Source: Moniliella sp. 'wahieum' (taxonomy: Eukaryota). Taken from it: a stretch of 64,000 bases of DNA. The notes below the pieces were generated by a model that was given only the letters and a program-made list of their open reading frames with translations, searched no databases and was not told where the DNA came from. How positions within the stretch are numbered: position 1 is the stretch's first letter; each line of letters opens with the position of its first letter. The translations under genes were made by a program, and so were the position numbers. Below are positions 16,901 to 30,177 of the stretch, one piece after another. The stretch spans positions 62,001 to 126,000 of the forward strand of contig RSEE01000101.1 in the NCBI GenBank assembly GCA_003971905.1. Reading direction: 5' to 3'.

Positions 16901-18312
16901 ACACGGGCCGTTCCTCAATAATACCCACAGCCCGTTCTTTTTGCTTGAGCATGACAGCCTCAGGGTCCTCAGCTGGAAAGTATGAGGGAGGGGAACTGAC
17001 GAGGACGATGCATGCACTTCTTCAAATTCTTCCTCGTCGCTCTCCATTGCGTGTGACCGCGACTTGGAGATGGCATGGGAGAATTCGTCATCCGAGGCAA
17101 GTGCATCGACTGCAGAGATGCGCTTTGGAGCATCTACATCGATCGCGCTTTTTTTGCTGTCGCCGTTGGACTGGCGCTGCCGACCAAGGACAAGCCACCC
17201 TCTGCCTCGTTGCGGACCAGTACGTACTCTTTGGAACGGGACCCAACAACCCTTCCGTGGCTGGGTGGTGTACTGGTCCTTCGAATCAACATCGACCTTA
17301 ATATGAGCTCGCCCAATCTCATCCGTCACCTCCAGCACACGCTGGGTCCACTCATTGCGTGTCTTGAGACCGAGGACTTGCTGACGACTAAAGTCGCTCG
17401 CGGTCGGGCTGCAGTAATCATGGACTGCAACCGTTTGAAAGATGTACCACGGCTCTGGGCGCGCATATCACCCACAAGCTCATATTGTAGCGATACGGGG
17501 AGCGACAAAGACAGGCGAATCGAGAGAAAGGTCGGAAGGGCGAAGGCTGGACATGAGGTCCCGCAATTCATCCTCGGTCGCGTAACGAAAGTCGGCCTTG
17601 GCACGAATGGGCGGGCCCTCCTTGGCCAGGTCTGGACGCTTCCCCCCCCGTCCCTTCGAGAGGTGGGACGGAGGCCAATGTAGCCAAAGACGTTTCCATG
17701 GGAGGGAGGGCATATGGATCCTTTTGATAATCTCTTGGAAGCGCCACAACAGCCTTGCCCTTGACTTGGCAGGAGGGGACGGCTTGGCGCTCGCACTGAA
17801 GCCGAGGTGGCCCCCTGATCCGGATGAGCAGTTAAATCATCTTGGTATACCACGTCCGCTCCCAAGCCGGGAGATGCGTGCCGGTCGGAGGTAAGGCGAA
17901 TGCTGTTCTGCCTCACGGGGTGGACGGTTCTGTTCGGCAGCACTGAGGGCCTGGCGCACGGCAGCCTCGCGGAGCTGGGCATGCAGCAGCCGCTCGGCCG
18001 TGCGAGCATGGCTCTCCTTGGCGCCTTCGCGGCGGTGGCGGCGGGCGGCGAGGGTACGGCGTTTCAATACTGGTGCCCTCCATCGAAGACAAACACAGGC
18101 TTGATGCCGAGATGGAGGAGGCGGAGGATGCGCCAGAGGAAGCCAAGGACATGAGCATTGTGGAGCGCACGGCCGGACTTGTCCCGCATGGCCATGCGGA
18201 AGTGGTAGAGCCAGATGGAGCTGTCGATGGCCAGCCGCTCGCCAGCCAGGGACTCGGTCCGGATGGGGCGCCCGACGGGCTCGACCAGAGTCCAGAGCCC
18301 GGTAACACCCAT
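13944..18312 (-). CDS. RAD2: Rad2/XPG (Rad13-like) nucleotide-excision-repair endonuclease
   Basis: XPG N-domain: MGVTGLWTLVEPVGRPIRTESLAGERLAIDSSIWLY...IKPVFVFDGG. A long acidic spacer follows, with an intron near 15884-15938. I-domain: FGIPYITGPMEAEAQCA.LVELGLCDGIITDDSDVFLFGG, then LAYLLGSDYT and a basic C-terminal tail. The 3' end is approximate. Confidence 0.93.
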
Positions 18313-18552
18313 CGTCAGCGAAGAGCGTCGGCGGGAGCCCGAGCGGACCAGTGGAGGGATGGTGGCGGAGGCTGGGGTGTTTTAACTCGCGTCAGCACGG
18401 GGCGGAACGCGGGGAGCGGAATACGGACGCGCTTCAAACTTTTTCTTGTGTTTTGCGGCCGAGACAAAAAAAATAGAGGGGCTCAAGCTGCTTTGTCCTC
18501 GCTGCTGCTGACCCACCACCACCCTCTTTCCTTCCACACCCTTTGCATCATC

Positions 18553-20209
<1,657 letters not shown>

Positions 20210-20642
20210 CCAGCCTTGGTGGCTCGCCCTTGTCCCACGCCCTCGTCTACTCCCCATGTACGGCCATTTTTGTGTGCCCGCTCGCTCATTGTATCCATGC
20301 TCTTCGCTGCCGCCCTGCATCTTCTTCTACCCAGGCCACCTCTCAGAAGGGATAATTCTCATGCTATGGGCACCCCCACCAACTCCAGTGCGATAGATGC
20401 GTTGTTGAACATTGCACGATCTAGATAGCTGAAGGAGCATGGCACAAATGACTCGAGTCCAGGGACCGATGCTCGCTCAGGTGGGATCCGCGAGACCCTT
20501 TACAGCAGCACACCATCTGGAGCGTATAATATACACGTTGCTGTTACAAGAGATAGCCCAGCTCTGAAAATGAAAGACGAGCTCGTTCTTGTTTGGAACG
20601 GGGGAGTCAAAGCCAACATGCGTTGACTTGAGCTAGGTAGGT

Positions 20643-20960
20643 TTACGCGTTGTCCTCATCTTTGTTGACCTCTTCGCAAGCATCGATCCATAACCTACCA
20701 AAGAGAGGTGAGCCATGATGTCACAAACAGGGGGAAGGGGATACGCACGAGTAGAGGTCAATGGGCTCAGTCAAGTTGTCTGCGGGATGACTCCAGTACT
20801 GGCCACAGACTTTGCACTTGAGGTGGCCAATGTCGGAGGATCGATCAAACTTGACCGTCACCGACTTGGGGTGGTTGCAGAACAGACAGGTAAATACCGT
20901 ATCCAGCGGCTCGCGCTTCTTGGGGCCCTGAGGCTTGCGGGAGGATTTGCGTTTGCCCAT
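20643..20960 (-). CDS. ELF1: Transcription elongation factor Elf1 (zinc ribbon)
   Basis: Exon 1 reads MGKRKSSRKPQGPKKREPLDTVFTCLFCNHPKSV...CKVCG...LTEPIDLYS. After a 54-nt GT-AG intron (20748-20695), exon 2 reads LWIDACEEVNKDEDNA*. Confidence 0.95.
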
Positions 20961-22779
20961 GGGGTCGGGGCGGGAGCAGGCGGTGGTGGTCAAGAAAAGA
21001 CACCGCCGACTGCGGCTGAGGGCGACCAGCTGGGACGCCGTTGGCGGAACAAAGGGCGGAATAATGCAGCAGACTCTGCGGCCAGGCATCACGTGATGCG
21101 AGGCGATCTCTTTTCTGGTGAGGCCGGTGAGGGTGAGGGCGTGCCAGCCGTTGCCCATGCCGAGGAGAGGAGAGATACAGACAGTGACAGTCGCATCTAT
21201 GCTGAGCCATCCGTACTGAAACGGGGTTGCTTGCTTCTCAGGTGGAGATTTTTCCTGCCCATCGGATACGAGACTCACACGGAGGAATGAACGAGTTACA
21301 TTACAGATTTAAAGTTCAAGGAGAACACTGTCGTGAACGTAGGCTGAGGGTCGCGAGTAGTGCTTTTTTGCTGTTCGTCGGGCAGGGCCAGGCAGCGTCT
21401 GCAAAGGAGGTTGCACATTGAGGGCCAGACGATAAAGTGGGGAGCTCAGATGAGGGAGGCGGGAGTAAGAGAGCTTATCGAAAAGGTAGTTCTCCTAGAG
21501 TGCAGTTTCTCCCTAGTAAAAGAAGGGTGAGGGGAAGGAATGGTGGGCCAGTCAGCACAGTATCGTCTGGCACAGGCCCTGACAGACGGAGTTCCGTTGT
21601 TCTCGGATCGATAGTTCGGAGTCAATTATGTTTCTTCCCTCAGCAGCCCAGGCTCCCCTCGCCACAGAAGATAGTCTGGTTAGCCTGGTCAGCCTGGCGT
21701 TCCAAGTTCTTTTTTCGAGGGACCATGGCTTGCATCACTGAATATCCCAACCCCCACCACCGACGAATTGCCATCACTTCTCTCGAGGACTGCGAGCGAC
21801 GGGAACAGGCCCATCAATACACAAAGATCGAGGGTTTCTGATATATGTGCCACAGCTCTCTTCCTCATCCTCACAGGGAGCAGAGGTATTCCCGCTATAC
21901 ATACTCCCCGCCCCCAGCTCATAGGCTCCGCTAACACCCAGAGGTCCTCGCCCGACGATGACGCAAACCAATCATCTTTCTGATTCGTTAAGCCCCCAAC
22001 TGGGTTTAGGGGCGCCTCTCCGCATTTTCCCTTTCCCACACACCCCAAACCGCAATAAGGACTCCGGGCTTGTACTTGTGGGTCGTTGTCTGAGTATTAC
22101 CTTGTCGAAGCACTGATTGAGCCCCTTCAACCTGGTATAGGTATCAGAAATGATAGATCGTTACCGCAACGGATTTTGATTATACTCGCCTAGTATGGCG
22201 GCTTCACCACGTTAGAGCTTCAGAATAAGGCCAACGGCAACAACAATGCAACTTATTAGATTGTTGAGTGCAAGAAGGCAGTGGAAAAGGGGGTATAGTG
22301 GAAGAGGGGATGGTAAAGTAGTTCGCTATAAAGATGGTATCCAATACCGTCCGAACCCATTTCGGGAAAATAGGACCAGTAGTACGTAAATTCAGTGAAA
22401 TCATATGGATGGGGGACAGTATATTCATTCGGGTAACAGACTGTGATCGTACCTTCCTGAGGCGGAATGCACCAAGCACTTACGCTCACTATACGTGCCT
22501 GCTGTCCTTGATACCTCTGTAAGAGATTCTCAGGAGGGAGCTTCCGACGGTTCTTCGGATCATCAGTTGCGCGGTCGTGAGGGACCAACGGCCGGATCCT
22601 TAGCAAACGCCTGGCAAAGGCGGCAACATTGGTTCGATACTGACGACCTCCCATCCATATGCGATGATGGAAAGGCGCGGTATTGTAGTAGTGCATCTCT
22701 AGATCGCGTCCATTTCATTGACAGAGCTTAAGGCTGGGACAGGGGGAACGCTACGTCTAAAACCTAACCGTTCATCTTG

Positions 22780-25700
22780 CGTGGGTTAACTTGGAAGCGC
22801 CACCAAGGTTAAGGAACCAGGGGGATCGCCAGGATATCAGGACCCTCCGGTTCTCGCCATCCGGTCCCGTACCCTAGGAAGCGCGTGTGGACACGGATGA
22901 ACGTGGTTGACATCCGAGCGAGGAACCATTTCCATTGAGACTTAGTAGCCAAATCCTCCAATGCGCAAACAACTTGCCCGCTGTCTTGGTGCCGTAGTAT
23001 CCTCGCGTCGTCAAAACCAGGGGGAAAAACGGCTATTGAGTGCGTCCCTGTGGTACTTGGCGTTCTTGTCGCATTCTGCTTGTTCAAGCAGCCGAAGCAG
23101 CTCCTTCTCCCGGCGTTCCAAGGGAGTTGCGGTGCTCTCATGCACCACCCTCCGGTACGCGCTCTGCGCCTCCAGCAACCCCGTGTCGCGCAACGTGTGG
23201 TCTATTATATCTCCTTTCCTGATCCTCCGAGTGCTCCGGGCCCCATCACGCGGTAGTCGGTGCGCTGTGTCCTCTTTCTCGTCCCATCATCTTCCTCCAC
23301 CAAAGGTACGTTGCGGACGTGATGGGTGTCGGGGATGGAGCGTATGAGCTGGAGAATGGGCTCCCCACTGCCTCATGCAACGCACCAAACTTGGCCGGGT
23401 GCGGGTGCAAGACATGATGTGCTCCAGCGAGGACATGACGCCGCACTTGCACATGCTGCGCATGATGCGGCACAGCGTGCGGAGCTGGAGACCAACCTGG
23501 ACCTGCTGATCAGAGAGCTTGAGGAACGGGACGGATGGAATGGCGGAGAGCCAGTTGTGGCTCGGGTTGCTGTGCTCAACCACATGGCGACCCTTGACGG
23601 CGTCCAGCTGCTAGAGCAGCTCCTGTCGACTTTGCTCCCACATCTCCCGGCAGCGCTGGCGTTGCTTCGTAAATGCGTTGGCCGTAGCCGTTTGCGGTCC
23701 AGCTGGGTCAACATAAGTGGTAATAAGATGGTCGTTGACCTCGTTGACCGCGGCACGGGCGTGGAGCGCAATATACGAGTAAAGCGGGCTGCCACATCCT
23801 CCCATCCGGAGAGGCAATCATGAGCATGTCGAAGTGGTCGTCCTTGGCACCTTGGGGATCCTCGTCGCCCCGGATCCGTCTGAACTCCGTACAGATGAAG
23901 GCATCAATCTCGGCCAGCACGTCGTCTAGCTCTCCTTCCATCTGCATGGTGCGGAGCAGGTGGCGCAGCTTGGTCTGAGTACTGAGCCGCCATACTAGTA
24001 AGAGGCGTCCCCAGTGGCGGGTGATGCCATCAAACTTAGGCATGTTCTCTCTCAGGCTGGCCAGTTGGACCCGGAGCCTCGATCGACGACAGTTTACCCG
24101 TCCCACACAAGTGCCTAGAACATGCAGACCATGCTCCCGAATCTGGTCTCGGTCCCACTCGACGCACTTGCGCAGCTGAGGCCTGACGCATCGTCTTCCA
24201 AATCCCCGCGGCTAGGCCGGTGATGCCTGGCCCTGGACCGAAAATCGTAATATCGTCCAGGTACGCCATCACCACAGGTGCCCCGGCGGCAGGTCATCTT
24301 GCAACTTCTCCAGCGTGGGCCGCACTGCGATGGAGAAGAAAAAGGGGGCGAAGGGGGTGCCCTGCCACACGCCCTCTGCCTACAGGACGCTGGACTCATT
24401 TCCCCCGACGCAACCCAAAGCTGGATAGGGGAACCATAGATCCATCGCGGCCACAAGGTGAGGAGATGGAGGGCGTAAGTATGGAGCGCCTTGGCGAGTG
24501 TGCGACGGCGCACAGTGTTGAAGGCGTTGGTAAAGTCGAGCATGCGACGTGGCTGAAGTCGCCCAGTTCCGCATCGTTCTCCCCACCTGGCGCTGTCATG
24601 CGCTCGACCATCCGTACGATAGGCTCCACCCCGTTTTGCGATGCTACTCTCCCAACCAGTGGATGAGGAGAAGCCAGCTGTTGGGGGCGATTGCTCGAGC
24701 GATTCCTGTGGCGCACAGAGGGTAGATCAGCTCCCCACAGGCGATGGGGCGGATACCTCCCGTTGCCTTCTCCAGGGGGGTAAGGCGGGAGGCCAACAAG
24801 AGCTCGCGTCCTGAGGGCAGTGCCGTGGTAAATACTCTTGGTGAGGGCGGTGAGAAAGGCGACGAAGCGATCGCATTCAAGGGACGTTTTTAGGAGGGAC
24901 TGGGTCCACCCGGATAGACCTGCCCCAACGTCGGTTCTGAACGTGGCGATCAAAGCAGCAAAGTCGATTTCGTCCAAGTCCACCCACAATGCGGTTACTG
25001 TCCGTCGTGTCGGTGAGGGTGGTGCCCGGTGGTACCACGCGGCCTGTGTGGGCAGGACGAGTGCGGGTGGTGGTGTTGCCAAAGGCTGTGCCCGGACGAG
25101 GTTGAAGGGGTTCGCCTCTCCACAAACGGGGTGGAGCTTTTCCAGGCTTGCCTGGGTCTCGCGGGGTGAGGGTGTAGTTTCGCACTTGGGCTGATTGGTG
25201 GGTCCGAGCGGGGTAAGGGACAAGGAGAGGCCTCTGCGTATGGGCGGAAGGCGCTGTAAGTGTGGCAAGGCTGGGTAGCACGGGCTTGGGCAGAAGTAGC
25301 GTGTCTGAAGCCTTCGGTCGCAGGAAGAAGAGTGGCAGCGGAGACAATTAGTAAACAATGACAGAACTGTGGATCTGGCACTTGGGAGGCACACGCCAAT
25401 TAGGTCGTCTGAGGGACGGAGAGCTGACGACGGGAACAAGGAAGACGAGGGAAGAGGAAGTGGACGTGCAAGTAAGAGGAGGAGTTTGCCTTTACAGGTT
25501 GATCATATTGGTGAGGAGAGTAGGGGAGACACCAATGTACCGCGGGTATATTAAAACCACGAACCATTATTGCTAACAGAACGGGACTTATGGGAAAACA
25601 ACGCAATAGAGAAGACGGGGCCAGGGGCAAACAGGGCCACGGTTTGCCGTATGGGCAACCTAGAATTGAAGGTAATGCAAACGGCACGGGCGACTATCGC

Positions 25701-25790
25701 CGCAACTGAAATACTGACAATTGCGTGCATGCAGGGCCACCAATTCACTCAGTGGGCAAGAGACGATGATCGTTGCGCGTATAAGTAGAA
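22780..25790 (-). mobile_element. Non-LTR retrotransposon, RLE-type, CRE-clade-like (MoTeR/Cnl1-like)
   Basis: A single frameshifted ORF carries RT motifs, a C-terminal CCHC knuckle and an RLE-like tail. There is no LTR, integrase or APE domain. The 5' extent is defined by homology with the second copy at 29445-30177, and the 3' boundary is approximate. Confidence 0.8.
22809..25439 (-). pseudogene. Reverse transcriptase-RLE polyprotein of the retrotransposon (frameshifted; real decay versus sequencing error not resolvable)
   Basis: Motifs in order: GAGLSGWT (domain 0), ASRLTPLEKATGGIRPIACGELIY, GVEPIVR, LDFTNAFNTVRR, QGTP-type domain 4, MAYLDDITIFG (YxDD), CKCGVMSSLEHIMSC (CxC-x7-H-x3-C) and ECDKNAKY (K-x2-KY of RLE). 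Confidence 0.82.
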
Positions 25791-28700
25791 CTGCGGGCTT
25801 CGTAGATTGTATCAGCTGAAATTTGACGCAATGGGACAGTGGTTATGAAGACGAAGGCGCGCGGGACACACTAGGCAAACAAATGTCTTGCTACCAATTG
25901 CAAATTGACACACACTCTTGTGTAGGACCATCGCTCAGGGAGGATGGATCCAGTAAGTGCTCAACCAACTGTAGAATAATAAAATGTAATACCAATAGTA
26001 CCCAGGGAGAACGAGCATATAGGATGATCAGATTCGTCAGATACGTCGCCCAGGGCACGTCAACGACGTTTCTGAGGTTCAAGGGGTGACGTCGAGATGT
26101 ATTTGTCGTTCAAGGGGATGACAAACGAGGACACATCTGCGTTCAGGGTGGTGACATTGGCGACGTCACTGACCTGCAGCGCGCTGACAGAATTGCCTCC
26201 CACGGCAAATTACTCCTCCAACATTTTTGAAGGTATTTTATATCTTAACATAAATGCAGTCTTTTCGTGATCCGCTGTGAAGACACGAGAGGAGCTATAA
26301 GTTCATGACCACCAAAAAGAAGACAACGCCCTGCTTTTCTCCCCATTGGAGAGCCCAGTGACCTAGATACCTCGCGTCAAGCACCATGACACGAGTTCAA
26401 AGCAATGTACAAGAGTTATAATACAATGCTCTAACCGACGCACTGGCAACTGATTTCCGCACCAAGGGGCATCTCTGGTTCACATTCGAACAGTTGTGCT
26501 GCAGGTGCAGCGTTCTTGTTTCATCCTATTCTTACTTTTTCCTGCATATCACTCTGGAGCGAACGCCATCCCTGTACCATTACTTGTTTTTCTCCAGTTA
26601 GCTACCATTATGGAAGGGAAAGCTTCCCAGTGATAATGAAGGCATTGACGCCTCATCTTTCTATGCTTTGACTTTTCCACAGCCAGCAGAGCTCTCCGTG
26701 TACAACATTGACTGACAGTCTTTGGTTCTGGCAAATAGTGGCGATACTTCTTTTTGTCGTGGAATTTGAAGTGAACATACTCCCAGGAACATGACGTGTC
26801 ATACCTCGCACATTACCATTAAGAACCTTGCCATCTCGTTACCACCGCCTCTGGCGACTCGTCTTGGATGCTTGGTTTTCCACTGTAAATCTCACCAGCT
26901 ACAAATCCTACCGGCCGACAAACTCTAGTCTCCATTGCGATCTTCGTGATCTAGAGGGTGAATGTCAACAGATCACCAGGGTGCTACCGCAATCCACTGA
27001 GGTGATTCACTTCGCCGTGGTGCCATCAATCCCTTGAAGTGAGAAACTTTTAATAAAAATCTACCTCATGGTACCCAGTGACAACCGAGGGTCAGGTTCG
27101 TTTGAGCAGCACAAAATCAGACCTAGAGGAACTGACCTGCCTTCCCTCAACCTGGACCCTTCACATATTTCCGAGAAGCAGTCAGCACATGAGTAAGCGA
27201 AAATAGTTGCAATCAGCAAGAACAATGCATGATACAAATATCAGTTGTTACAACAAGATTGATGCTGACAAATTTGGAATAGGGCTATACGATACCATCC
27301 AGAATGGAACCAATCCATGCCTGAACAACTCCTAAGAAAGTGCCAGGATGATTCCAATAGAGGATGTTAGTACGTCAACATGAACAGAGTTGACAACGGG
27401 CGCAATAAAGAATTGCCAGCCCAAAACATTTCCACATGAAGTCTGGTCTAATACATGTTGGTTGGGAGACACGCTAAACGAGCTTGTTTGAGGACGAATT
27501 GACGAAATTCCCCCTGCCTCGGGAGTTATCTCAGGTCACCCTGAACGCACAAAAACGTGTGTATAGGTACTCGCAAGGAACACTATCTGAGATCACCATC
27601 ACTCGATCGGTTTGTCAAGGAAAGGCGCGAAGATCTGTGACGGCCGTATAGCCCCTTGTTATTGCCCTCGCACACCGTTAGCGACATTGTTACAATAGAC
27701 GAATGAACCGGTCGGTTTACGCTTAGCGTTTCCCTGTACCCGCCTTAAGCTCTTTAAGCTCTGTCAATGATATGGATGGAGTATAGACGATAGATGATTC
27801 ATAGGAGCAACGTATTCTGAATCAGGAATGTGCTCAACATGGACTTACTTTGATGCTGCTCGGCAGGTACTATTTCTTCTCTGAGAAAATGATGCCACAT
27901 ATATGATCGTAGTCCCCAAATCTGCACAATCGATATACATTTGTTTGTGAGAATAACATACTGTCGCTTCTGCACAGTCTTGTAAAAGGTTATGTGTTAG
28001 CTTTCAATCCCTTTTTCTGAACGGCGCCGATATGATCTTCCATCTCGAGTTTTAGTACTATTATTTCCGCAGCTCATCCCAATTAGACTCAGTATCTTCT
28101 AGATCAAAGCAAGCATCAGCCCGGAACATAAGGTGTTGAGATCGTTTATCAAACAAATGCTGTTGAAGACCAATCGCAAGAGCAATTTGATGGTCCTAAA
28201 GCAAAGATGGCTGATCCGAAGCAATGCGCAAGAAAGTTATTGGAAGAACTGGATTGAACAGTCTGATGCATGAAGTTCGATCCCGAGGTGATGACCTTGA
28301 AGGATCTCAAACCCATCAACTACAAAGTTGCGCATGTGCCGGTCGGCTCGATCGGGCCCGTCCATGAATCTCCTACCTTAACATCATTTCAAAGCAGACA
28401 TACCTCTCCGTAGTTCTGTAATACTTATCACCACATCCCTCGTTAGACCCTGAGTGACCTGTGATTGGTTTAATGAGATGATCTTCTAAAATTGTACGCA
28501 TCAAGGACATGATGACATTCGAGTTGTCCCGATCACTATCGAGTCTCCCACAAAACTCTCATGGCACAGGTGAGCTATACGTTTGCTGCTTTTAATTCAA
28601 ACTGAAGCGACTCCGTTAGTATTCAAGGGAGGCATCACTCGTCGGTCTTAGGTGCTAGAGAGCAGGCGAGTGTTAGGTACACAATTTCATAGCACTGCAA

Positions 28701-29444
28701 CGGTTCGCAGTGGAACTCGCTACCAGTGTCACTGACATGATGGCATGGCTAATAGAGCCCCTCATTCCATCATTGTCTCCCCAATCTCTCAATACCGCCA
28801 CGACCAACGATCATGTATCTTCAGCCTATATATCCAACGACTCCAGGATGATAGTCTCCATATTTTTCTCACGCACAGGATACGACAGTGGTGTCGTGCA
28901 ACCGATATTATCAAAAGATGCTGCTCAAAGCCAAAGGCCAGGTGTAGTCCTCTTCGAAAGAGCTGTATGAAGTAGACGTGCCTCATCTTTCTCCTGAAAC
29001 CTTACATGTGCGCCCGTTGCTGAGAGAATAAAAAACTCTAACAATGCGCTTCCTATTGGTAAAATGAGATGACGCAGTCTGGATACACCTCCACTCTGAG
29101 AACTACGTGAAGACCACGGCATAGATGGGCAGCGTTATCCGAACGGAGCTAAAGATGAGCTGAGGCCTCTCAATTCGTGCGTCGCCTCGCATAGCAAAAG
29201 TGTGACAGGGTGGCTGGCTTCCCAGGCGGAGACCTTCCCTGCCCATCGGAGACGGTACTCACGGAGGACTGAACGCGTTTCAGATCCAAAGTCCAAGGCT
29301 CACTGGCGTAACGAAGGAGGGTCGTGAGTGGTGCTTTGCGGTGCGTCGAGCAGAGCCTGAGCAGTGTCAAGGGGCGGGCGCCGCCAGAGGGCCCGCCCCG
29401 GGGTTTAAGGGTACAATCCCTTGGGGTCCTAAGGACGACTCACG

Positions 29445-30177
29445 ATAGTTACGCGCTTGGGCTGGTTGGTGGGTCCGCTGCGGGGCTAGGGACAAGAGCG
29501 GCCTCTCGGCGTATAGCAGAGGCAGCTGCAAGTGTGGCAAGGCTGCGTAGCACCGGCTTGGGCGGCAGTAGCGTGTCTGAAGCCTTCGGGCTCGGGGAAG
29601 GGGAAGGCAGCGGAGGACCCACGCTGCTGAACTGAGGCTGGGCTGAGACGGGGAGCGGCGTGGCGAAGGACAGTATCACACGCGGCTAAACTGGGCTGGA
29701 CCGAGGCGCGGCACGAGGAGGGCTCACGCGGACTAGGGGAACGAGTACTGAGTACTGAGTGCTGAGGACGAGGACGAGGGCTGGCGATCTACGCCGGGAG
29801 GAGAAAGGCGACTAAGAGCGGGAGGAGTTGCCTGTACTGAATCGATTGGCGAGAAGCGGGCAGGGGGTGAAGGGGTGAACAGGCGAGAAGGCAAGGGGGC
29901 GAAGATTGACGAAGATGGACCGTGGGGGAAAGCCACGAACCATTGCTAACAGGCAGGGGGACTAAAAGGGAAACAAGGCAACAGAGGGGGAACGGGAAAC
30001 AGGGGAGAGAACAAAGGAGACGGCTGCCGCACGGACAGCCTAGAAAGATAAGAGAAACAGGCATGGGGCGACTAGCGTCGCAAGAAACACAACGGGGGAG
30101 CGGGGAGCGACGAAACTGAGAGGTTCTCAATTCACTGAGGCGGAAGGCGACTATTGTCGCTGAGTACGTAGACTTGA
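29445..30177 (-). mobile_element. Diverged 5' fragment of the same retrotransposon family (no RT domain)
   Basis: Aligns by eye to 25175-25790. Examples: PKASDTLLPPKPVLRSLATL versus PKASDTLLLPKPVLPSLATL; cgaaccattgctaacag versus cgaaccattattgctaacag; caattcactgaggcgg versus caattcactcagtggg. Confidence 0.8.

Noticed and set aside
26077..26155. CRISPR-like repeat-spacer array
   Set aside because: Only three degenerate 14-15-nt repeats with 17-18-nt spacers, no cas genes, and a eukaryotic context.
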